DNA from: Eremomyces bilateralis CBS 781.70
Lineage: Eukaryota
Assembly: GCA_010015585.1 (NCBI GenBank)
Contig: ML975151.1
Direction: 5' to 3' (one strand)
DNA length: 64,000 nt
Shown piece after piece: positions 10,320-19,619 of the stretch (the first letter of the stretch is position 1; each line of letters opens with the position of its first letter). The translations under genes were made by a program, and so were the position numbers. The notes under the pieces were generated by a model that worked only from the letters and a program-made list of their open reading frames with translations, searched no databases and was not told where the DNA came from.

Positions 10320-12763
10320 ATGGCTCCTCCAAAGAGAGTGGCCGTTGGAGAATCGGAAGACGAGGCCTTTAATGTGGAAAAGGAGCTTGAAATTATTGAG
10401 GGTTACGATTTACAACCGCTCGATGATAGTCCTGAGATTGCACTAGAGACTACGAAGCGGCGCGATCGCATTATGGAACATTGGAATGGGTAAGTGGACT
10501 ATGGTAAAGTACCCGCATTGAAAAAATCCCAACGAAACCTTCATCTCCCTCCTGTCTTTACGCCTGACGCCTTTTATCTACCTTTTCCTAACATGTTCCG
10601 CGATCATGGCGACATAGTTACTTCCGAAAACTCAAGATCGACCCAGATAGTATCTGGCTTGATCCCTGCCGCGATCTGGACCAAGCAAAAAATAGGTGTC
10701 GTGGGTTTTTGCGGTATTACGTCCGGACTTCTGTGCAGAAGTTTGTCGTCCTTGGACCCGAAGAGTATGAAACCTGTCGAACAGTTAATTCCGCCTATAC
10801 TCTCCTACAATATTGGAGGAACCTTATCGCCAAAGCCGACGCTACGATTCTGCAAGAGAAAAGGCGGCAAGATCCAGCAAACAAGCGACTCTGGCGGCTG
10901 AAGTTTATAGATCATCAGAACCAGCGTGGGGAAGGTCCTGTTTTCGAGATATCCAAGGTTGGTTGAGAATCCTGATCTAACCTTCACTTTTCTATCCCAA
11001 TCGATGTGCTTTTGAGAAGCTCTTCTACTGACTAGCTTCCTCTAAACGTAGTGGATCTATAAAGCAGGTGCAGCGGAACTCGGGCTTATCACTGCTATAC
11101 TCGTCGAAAAAATTGAAGCTACTAAAGAGGATGTGATCATAATTCTACGTACGCTCTGGGATCGCTCCGACGATATCCCTTGTAAGCCAGAACATCGAGT
11201 TTCGTTTCATGCTATGGCTGTAACCGCCAGCATTGGAGGGTTTAGACCAATTGCCTTAGTTAAGTTCCCTTATAGACAGATTCAACTGGCGATAGTACGG
11301 GACCCGAGAGATCCATCTAAGAGGACGATTGCGGCTACGTTTTCGGTTAAAATAGTGAAGAGACGTCGAGCAGTTCGTCGGAACAAGGATGCTACTATGT
11401 ATACCATTTTAAAATCCTTTTTCTTTTCTTCGTTGACTAACATATCTCTCGTTACAGGCTGTCTTTTACAGTGTTCTTAGTACCAAATCTACTCCTATGC
11501 CTTGCAAGCCTTACTATTTCTCGTGCTATTTAAGACGACGCGTTCGACATCGGTGTTGACTCGGTGAAGGATCTACTTAAGCGACCTAATCTAGGCAAAG
11601 TAGACTATATCCCATTACACTAGAAAAAGGACAAGCTAGATGATCCCATCTTTAACCTTAATTATCGTACCTATAACAATTTGTGGCACCGATGTTGTTT
11701 CGTTGCCGGCTTACGAGAGGACCCCCGTCTCTATACCCTTCGAGTCGGTATAGGAGCGGATCTAGACGGTAAGGCGAACGGATCTCTTCTTATTCATAGT
11801 ACCAAAATAGCACAAGCACCTTCTAATTCATAATATCTAGGCGTGGTATCCGATATATTGCGGAACTACGTTATGGCAAACACAACGGCAGTCTTCCAGA
11901 ACAGCTACCAAACAAAACATGTCCGCACTAACCTTTTGAAAAAGAGGTTCCATGCGTTCATTCCTACTGAGGGGCAGGACGATGCTCTCGATCAAGCAAT
12001 CCGCAGCATGTCGTTGAAGAGGGACCCGGACGCTCCTATCGACCCTACGCCAGAGGATTTATAAAAGTTTGAAAGGCGCAGCGATATATCCGCGCTCCGC
12101 TCACGTATAGAAGCTACCAAAGGAAACAAAAACGAGTGGAATCAGCTTCGAATAAAGGTCCGCCACTTGATCCGGCGTTTGTCAGACATACTAGTAAGGG
12201 AGAAAAGAAAGGAATATTTCAACCGGGTCGACAGATTGCGAGCTTTAGGCCAGGCAGTTCGAGCGGAGATCGGCGCCGCGACGTCATCAAGAAATCGCAC
12301 GAATCCACACGGTCGTAGTAATGCTATCATCTACGTTACCCAATACCTGCAATGCTTTACAGCAAGGCCGGATAAGCGAAATCGGGTCAAGCTGCACTCG
12401 CCGGCACGTTTTTTGACCTTGCTCCTGTCATTTCTGCTGAACCATCCCACTGATGACAACCTGGGATATAATCATGGTCAGAATGAAAGCGAGAATGAGC
12501 TTATCAACGCCCAGGCCAGCACAGCGCAGGCCAGCACTGGATGCCAATCTTCCGCTGAAGCGGGGGATTCAGCAATATCTATTTGCTTTCTTTGCTATAC
12601 ACGGTTTAAAAAACGCTACAACCTCACGAGGCATTTCAAGGTATCTCACTTTGCGCGTGAGGGGATCGACCAGCCATTCTCATGTCCTGAATGCCGTCGG
12701 TGTGGGATGCCAGAATGTTCGATCACTGGCCGCGACAGACCAGATAGAATGCCGTGCTCATAG
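10320..12763 (+). pseudogene. DUF3435-type tyrosine recombinase (Starship 'captain'-like) with C-terminal C2H2 finger; five exons, inactivated
   Basis: The spliced translation shows GGFRPIAL..YRQIQLAIVRDP, LCLASLTISRAI*DDAF, PLH*KKD, AGLREDPRLYTLRVG, LRNYVMANTTAVFQNSY, SMSLKRDPDAP, RKEYF and CFLCYTRFKKRYNLTRHFKVSH. Introns are at about 10490-10617, 10958-11051, 11399-11457 and 11768-11840. Stops lie at 11531 (TAA), 11621 (TAG) and 12062 (TAA). Confidence 0.82.
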
Positions 12764-12844
12764 ACCCGAAAGGGATCCAGATAGTACGTTAAATTGATTA
12801 TTATTATTATTATTATTATTAGTTATTATTATTATTATTATTAT
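12730..12844 (+). mobile_element. Extremely 5'-truncated copy of the same LINE (terminal ~70 nt plus (TTA)n tail)
   Basis: 12730-12799 matches 2146-2215 with one mismatch and is followed by ~45 nt of (TTA)n. No target-site duplication is visible. Confidence 0.9.
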
Positions 12845-13336
12845 ATTCATTTCGGAGCTCTAGTTATGACATGTCTGTCGGTGGGCACGCTTCTGCTCGA
12901 CTCATTGGACGGGATGTTTTCTCGATGTCATGGGCAGCTTGTAGGCTTCCCTGAGGCACGCGCTACACTGACGAATCATCATGGGTCCTTATAGGTGTGG
13001 AGCTAACGACCCTCCTCCAGCAACGATAAAGCGCCTAAGAATAGCAATGCTCGAAGGTGGGTGGATCTGCGGACGAATACTCGCGGAGGTACATGTACTT
13101 GATAAAGCTGCTCAGTCGAATCTGACTCTGCCATTATGGTACCTCAAATAGTCGAGTGTCAATATTAATATGCTTATGAAGATTTGGCTGCAGGGCTTCA
13201 CGCATCTATATCATAACAAGATTCACTGATAAGTTCTGGTACTATGCCCAAAGCCTTATTACCCCCGATCACCTAAGTAAGCCTCTGTATAGCTACTCTG
13301 CGTTCTCGCTACGGAGCAGAAGAATAGACTTAAAGG

Positions 13337-14570
13337 TCAGGCATTGAGGAACTTCTCATGTGGACCACCGAAGCGCTCACCCGAGACGGCTAGCGTGTCG
13401 AGGATCCTTTGGAGCTCAGCCATATCTTCCTCAGTCAGTGATGCCGCTTTGCCGTTCTCGATGACCCGTTCTTCTCTGACCGACCCCGGAATGGGAATGC
13501 CACCCACACGACACACCCAACCAATGGCCACCTGCGCTGTCGTCACGCCCTTGCGCTTGGCGACCTTCTCCACAGCCTCGACAAGCTTGAAATTCTGGTC
13601 AAAGTTCTCGGGCTTGAAGCGCGGCAGCATGCGGCGCTTGTCGTCTGCCGCGAGATCATCGATCGTACGCAAGTCACCTGTCAGCCAGCCACGGCTAATA
13701 GGGCTGTATGCCACAAGGGGAATATTGACTACATGTAGGCCACAGTGTCAGCTAAGCACCTCTAGAAGGCCGCTTGTTTTGGCTTAACTCACGCTCGTGG
13801 CAGGCGTCCGAAATGCCGTTGTAGAGAGGTTCAGGGGTGAATAAGCTCAGTTCGACCTCGACTGAGGAGATAGGGTGGACGGCATGTGCCTCGCGGATTG
13901 TGTTCGCGCTGACTTCGCTCAGGCCGATACCGCGGATCTTGCCCTCCTTGACCAGTTCGGCCAGCGCCTTTACCGTTGTCTTAATAGGGACCTGAGGGTC
14001 AATCCGAGCGCACTCGAAGATGTCGATGGTCTTGGTGCCGTCGAGGACAATGGTAGCCTCCTCGACGGAGGCGCGGACACCTTCTGGAGTGTTGGTGGGT
14101 CCGTTGGGCATGCCTGTGAACCCCCCTTTGATGCACAGCACGACCTTGCTAGCGTCCTCGGGGTACTTCTGGAAGTAGTGTTTCAACAGATGCAGCGAGT
14201 TTGCCTGAGGCGTGCCGTAGTGAATACCCTGTGTGCTTGTGAGCTTTTTGTCTCGAAGCAGGACCTACTTCTTTTGGATCAACTTACGCCATTCCAAAGA
14301 TTAGCACCCTGCTCCAGCGCTGTCTTCATAACCTTGACCGCGATGGGATAGTCAACAGGGGCCCACGGCATCGTCAGACCTGAGGCACAGAATGTCAGTA
14401 GTCATTCTTTTGCGTTAATCAATGAGTGCGTACTCCCCCAAAGCAATACCACGGGGCTAGAACAGGCTGTATGGGGGGTATGCCGACAATTACTCACCCA
14501 TCATGCCGAACCCTACAGGGCCAATCACGCGGCCGTTGACATTGGTAAGTGCTGTTCTGCTGGCGCTCAT
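13337..14570 (-). CDS. Aldo-keto reductase, pyridoxal-reductase (PLR1/AKR8)-like; four exons
   Basis: Motifs GPVGFGMMGLT, WNGGIHYGTP, KVVLCIKGG, IDIFECARIDP, GKIRGIGLSEV, EVELSLF, AYSPISRGWLTG and IPIPGS. Introns are canonical and no disabling lesion was seen. Confidence 0.9.
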
Positions 14571-14799
14571 GGTTAACGATGTGCTGTAAATTCTTGAATA
14601 TGATGTGAAAGAAGCGAATAACCCTATTCGGCCTGAACAGGAACGTGTATACGATTGTAAGTAAGTAGTTGAGTTTAGGGCACAATTTTGGGCAATCCTC
14701 AATATATATAAGTGAGGTGCGGGCCGTATCTCAAGGGCCAAATAATTGGTCTCCGAAAGGTTGGGGATGTCTTTGTATGGATGTTGCCAGGGTTTTATG

Positions 14800-14819
14800 T
14801 CCGATCCTCCGATCCTCCG
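14800..14819 (-). promoter_or_regulatory. Two overlapping CGG-N5-CGGA sites (putative Zn2Cys6 binding sites) upstream of the AKR TATA box
   Basis: TCCGATCCTCCGATCCTCCG equals CGGAGGATCGGA twice on the gene strand, ~90 bp upstream of TATATATA (14703-14710). 16 bp are identical to the reverse complement of 19470-19485. Confidence 0.7.
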
Positions 14820-15107
14820 TTGCTCCATCTCCCTTCCCCTACAACCCCCCATCCCTGACCATTGCTGCAGGTCAACAGAGCACGATGGATGGTGGCGTCA
14901 CCACGAGCCGCATGTTATGGACATGCCCAGCGGGTAACACAAAAAGCGAGACTCATAATTGGGCTTGGCACCACCACACCATACAAATTTATATACAGTA
15001 TAGGATATCTCAACAACCACGTAACTAAATTAATTTCAATTTGAATATAAGCAAGTTTGAAGCTATTCGCACCCATAGCTTTCGTATATATATAAAAAGC
15101 GTGGCGG

Positions 15108-16294
15108 TTAGCCCGGCATTCCACCGCTATAACCAATAAGCTGCCCATCAGACTCGATGACTTTACATAGCCGATCAGGTATAGAAAGCACCCGTTTATT
15201 AATCCATTCCTGATTAAGACGCTCGTACCATGCCTCTTTTACTAATTGTACCGTTTCCTCGGGTTCCCAATGCCTATATTTCCTTACATATCTTTTGATC
15301 GGTTGCCAACAGTCCTCGATAATCGAGAGCTCCGGAGATCCTGCGCAATTAAAGAAACAATAAAGTCCTACTTCCGTTTTCCACCTCGAGACGGCGGAAG
15401 GCTTTGTCTTCGTAGATCTTGGTAGTACGTGACCGCTATCCTGATCCTCCTTAAGCACGAAATAGTCTCCATTTACGAGCCATCCGCCAACGACAGGCTT
15501 TAGGATATCGTTAAGATAGCATTCCTGCGTCATCTTCCCGTTTATATTACTCGGGATCTCGTAGAATACGAGTGGCCCTTTGAAATTGTATCCGACGGCT
15601 GCCCAAGCGTGGACTTTCTTCTTATCTTCCTCATCGGGATCATCGACGCGTTGAATGCATTTTGGATAATACCGTTGGCCTCGTTTCCGGATAATCAAAG
15701 TCTTGCCTTAGGGCCCAAGGCCAAAGTGAACGTCATCGCTAAATCTGACGTGTTTCTAGTACTTTGGCGTAGGGTATTTGGCGAGCATCTTTTTCGCGTA
15801 TGCGACACGCTTAGTAGCCAATTGCTTTGAAACCTAGGCCTTTCGACAAGCGATACATTTCGACAAGCGATACATTTCGACAAGCGATACATTTCGACAA
15901 GCGATACATTTATGGTAATCAAGCGATTGCATTGCTCTTTGTATCGTACGTCCTGAGCAATCAATATCAGCCTCTATAGCGAGGGTTTCCCACGTCATTT
16001 CTCTGTCTTGAGAGTCCATCTCTTCTACCAACTGATCGAGCATTGCGAGCTGCGTAGGGCTGATGATTGGCTTCCGACCGCGTGTTTCTTTTTCACAAGT
16101 TCGTCGGTTTCCTCGAGAAGACTTTATAATTCGATAACCGGAGGATTTAGGTATACCGTTACGGTGGAATATTGAATTGTTCGAGCGCGTCGTCTCGAAA
16201 CCATATAGTCTCCGTCGCACTCGTTCATGCTCGATTTCGCCGCGAACACGGGACTTTTTTGGAGTATCATGGTAAGGACCGGGATTTTGGGCAT
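15108..16294 (-). pseudogene. Tc1-like DDE transposase, inactivated
   Basis: Reads MPKNPGPYHDTPKK...RGRKPII...SGRTIQRAM...VRFSDDVHF...VHAWAAVGY...VLKEDQDSGH...SPELSIIEDCW. In-frame TAG/TAA stops lie near 15834, 15757 and 15708. Confidence 0.88.
15841..15911. repeat. 17-bp tandem repeat x4 inside the transposase gene
   Basis: Perfect copies of TTTCGACAAGCGATACA start at 15841, 15858, 15875 and 15892. Confidence 0.97.
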
Positions 16295-17333
16295 TTTTAG
16301 AAGCCTTTTGAGCTTAAGAGCGTGTATAAACCATGGCAGACGAATTAATTATTGATTGTTGATAACTATCTACAGAGTACTTTGTAAGGGGGCGGGCAAA
16401 CATCGGCAATTTGTGAGTCTCGCTTTTTGTGTCACCCGCTGGGGCATGGCCCATGGTTGGCACAGGCTGAGAGCCTAAGCCTAATCAAGCCTAGCGTAGA
16501 GATGGAACCTCATCAAGATTCCTCTGTCATAGTTACCTTGTACTCTTCATCTCAATCTAGAATATCTTTGGCTACGCGTATGTTGTGTGCATCCAGCTAC
16601 CGTGCCGTAACACCGCAATATTGAGTGTCATTCGGTGTCACGTCCAGCTGGATTACAGAACCTGGCTGAATGGCCTAGGCATGTCCAACAGGTGTGCCTT
16701 GGCGTGATCTCTGCACTGCGAGTTTTCCGTAGAGTAACGAATGGCCTGCAACACGTGCTGCTCTAGGACCTGTGGGCGGTGGTCAGGGGCTGCCAGCACG
16801 TAGCTGCAATTCTCTGATCAGTGGAAAGTGCACCGATTGCATGGCGTTTTGTCGTATCACTGGCTGAAATCAACTAAGTATCCTGAATGAGTCGCCTCCG
16901 ATTGATGATTCGAATTTGGATGGCGGTACTTCAGTTTCCTACAGCCGATGTCAAGGACCATCGAAAGTCTGATTTGAGCCTCCCGACTCTCACAGTCCTG
17001 ACGTCTCGAAGACGGGCGCAGTGAGTCATGCGTAAAAGACACCTTGGAAGTCCCGGCGTAAGTGGCAATCCATTCTAGTTAACATGGTACAGTCAAGTTG
17101 AGAATGGGCAGAAGCGATTGACCAAACCGCATATATTTCGTTGTACAATTATATATATGTTCCAGTTGTAGATGCAATCTATACCTTACCCTCCATATAA
17201 ACTTCTTCTCTCCTGAAGCCATCGACAGCCACCGGTACCCGAGAGCTGCCTCCTCGTGGCGTGACAGAGCTGCTCAATGAAAAGACATAGTCCCAGCTCG
17301 ACGCATCCTCAGTTGGGCCCGAGCAAGGTGCAA

Positions 17334-19072
17334 TTACCACTCAACCGCAAAGCGGTTTCTCCATGCCTTACCGTAGCGGTAGAAAATCCAAGGCACCGGC
17401 ATAAAGGCAAGACAATTGAAGCCCAGCACGCTGTTCCCCCGTCCTAGTCCTAGTTGCCTGTATGGGGAGGTGCTGCAAGGGTCAAGAAAGCCCCAAAGGG
17501 TAACCGAATGACCAAGTTCGCCGCGAGTGCAGACGCGCCAGCTTCAGCGCCAAAAACATCAACCAAATACGTTTGCGCCGGTATAATCACAAAGAGTGTA
17601 CCGAAGCCAAGAATGAATGTCCCTATTATTGGCACGATCCAATGGACTTGATAGTACGCGGTCCATCCATAGAGAAAGCACCCAAGGGGCGTGAAGGGAG
17701 CGAACCACTTCATCAGGATCAGGCGCTCCTCCGCTTGGGCAACCTTGCCGTCCCTCTTCTGTCCCAGTAACTTGTCGCTCAATGCAGCGAAGAGGATCAA
17801 GGCAGCCATGAGACCAATCCCGAGGCCAAGGTAAGCAAGTCCGGAGATGACTACGTTGAAACCGTAGGTCTCGCCGAAAACCTGGGGGAAGGTCGTGAAT
17901 AGTAGGAAGATGAGACCGAAGAGAAGGCCTATGTACAGTGACAAAGGAGCACGATGGGCGAAAAGATCAACAATTTTGCTAGTCTCACGACCGCTCGACG
18001 CATCATTTGCCTGGGTGTCTGACCGGTGTCTCCCTTGGCGAGCAGCCTGTCGTTTCCCGTCTCTTTCCTCAGGCGCTCTGCTTTGCGACGCAATAGAACC
18101 GACGCGCTGGTTTCCTGCATAAAGATTAATATAGCAGCTAAAAATACCCCGGACTGTGAAGAGTGTAAGAGTCAGATCATCGAGAATAGGGTCACGAAAG
18201 CCTTACAAGAATCAGAATGAGGCGGAACGACCAACGACATCCAATTGTCTCGGATACAAAACCGCCGATGATGGGGCCTAAAACCTAGGATGTTTTAGTA
18301 AACACGATCTTAGCTTAATCATGATCATCTAACCTACAGTACCGAGCAGGGGACCGAACCCGAACAGTGCAATGGCTCGTCCTCGCTCCTCTTGTGGAGT
18401 GACATCGGCCACAGTGCAATGGCTCGTCCTAGCTCCTCTTGTGGAGTGACATCGGCCACAGTGCCACCTCCAATACCCATAGGCCCCGAAGCAGCAGTGC
18501 CGCTGATAAATCGGAAAACGATAAACATGGCTGTGTTTGTGCTAAAGGCATAACCAACAGTGAAAGCGAAGTAGACTATGTTACAAGCGTAGTACATAAT
18601 GAGACGACCGTAGAGCTACGATAGTGGTGCTAGGAACAAGGGCCCTACAGCGAGCCCTAAGGCGTAGATACTGACTGTATACTCCGGACGGTGGAGTTGG
18701 TGATATTGAATTCGCGGCCTAATTCTTCGGCCCTGGGGGCGAACATGGTTGATGCTAGGTTGCTGGGTTATAGGAGACGTCAGTGATAAACAGCGAATCC
18801 CACATCGGGGGTTTATGCGAGAGTTGAGTGACTAACGCTGAGAGAGTGAAGATGCCGACTATAATTATATGAAGGTTCTTGTTGGATTTGGGCCAATTCA
18901 TGGGGTTAGCGGGATCATCGGGGCCGTCCTAGTCGACGATGTTGGGATCCGGCTCTGGGTCATGTTCGACGCCAGCCGCCACTGTCGAGGCGACGGAGCA
19001 CTGCACTTCGGATTCTCGGCTCCCAAGAGTAGCTGCGTCCGTGTCAGCAGCTGGGACATCTGTCGTGGTCAT
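17334..19072 (-). pseudogene. MFS multidrug transporter (DHA1 family) pseudogene
   Basis: Reads MTTTDV...NIVD*DGPDDPANPMNWP, then GGGTVADV, FMQETSASVLLRRKAERLRKETGN, SGLAYLGLGIG, YGWTAYYQVHWIVPIIG, YLVDVFG and PVPWIFYRYG. It carries a premature TAG, frameshifts (~17940, ~17460) and a 47-bp duplication. Confidence 0.88.
18364..18464. repeat. 47-bp tandem duplication bounded by ACAGTGC microhomology
   Basis: 18364-18410 and 18411-18457 differ by one base. ACAGTGC occurs at 18364, 18411 and 18458. Confidence 0.95.
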
Positions 19073-19286
19073 GGTGAGATCTATCAGCAGCTGTTATGGA
19101 CAGTGTCCTCGTCGTGGCTCTAAGGCTTGTAATGGGTTCAAATCCATGACATGCGTTCAGCTTGGCGAATAAAGAAGCTGAAATGTTGATAAAGGGGTGA
19201 AACAATAGTGAATATCAAATGGTTCGGTAATATTAGATTCCAAAGGAGGTGATATGCAGACTGTAGAGGCGCAGACAGAGAACTCA

Positions 19287-19501
19287 TCCGATCGTCCGCT
19301 CAGAGTACGTCAAGACCTCCATTTGAAAGGACCTCCATCCATCATATTATTCATATATCCGCACCTTGAAATCACATGAGCTGGCTGCTAGGACGGTGTG
19401 AGGGTCGAACTTCAACAAAGGTCGGCGGACGGGGCATCGGAGCTTTGGATATATAGTGGAGCATTGTATATCGGAGGATCGGACAAGAGCGGAGCATCGG
19501 A
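19287..19501. promoter_or_regulatory. Four CGG-N5-CGGA sites in the divergent MFS / Zn2Cys6 promoter
   Basis: CGGACGATCGGA (minus, 19287-19298), CGGGGCATCGGA (19430-19441), CGGAGGATCGGA (19472-19483) and CGGAGCATCGGA (19490-19501). Confidence 0.72.
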
Positions 19502-19619
19502 TCAATGCTTGGCTTGGATTGCTTACCTCCAGTACCTAACCCTCAACCATCTGTTCCTCAACTCACAGTCATCAACTCCACCTGTAATATGATTTCTGAA
19601 ATGCAACCGGACTTAGACG

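Larger units (their letters stand above)
14926..16444 (-). mobile_element. Tc1/mariner (IS630-Tc1-mariner)-like DNA transposon, ~1.5 kb, RIP-damaged
   Basis: ~30-35-bp TIRs (CCCAGCGGGTAACACAAAAAGCGAGACTCA at 14926 / TGAGTCTCGCTTTTTGTGTCACCCGCTGGGG ending 16444) enclose a DDE transposase. Both ends are flanked by CATG rather than TA. Confidence 0.9.

Noticed and set aside
10320..12844. Captain as a LINE-generated retrocopy, because it ends in a LINE tail
   Set aside because: It retains four introns and there is no flanking TSD.
12794..12994. ORF MIIIIIIIISYYYYYY...
   Set aside because: It is a translation of the (TTA)n LINE tail.
15841..15911. Regular repeat resembling a CRISPR array
   Set aside because: The units are head-to-tail with no spacers, the context is eukaryotic and there are no cas genes.
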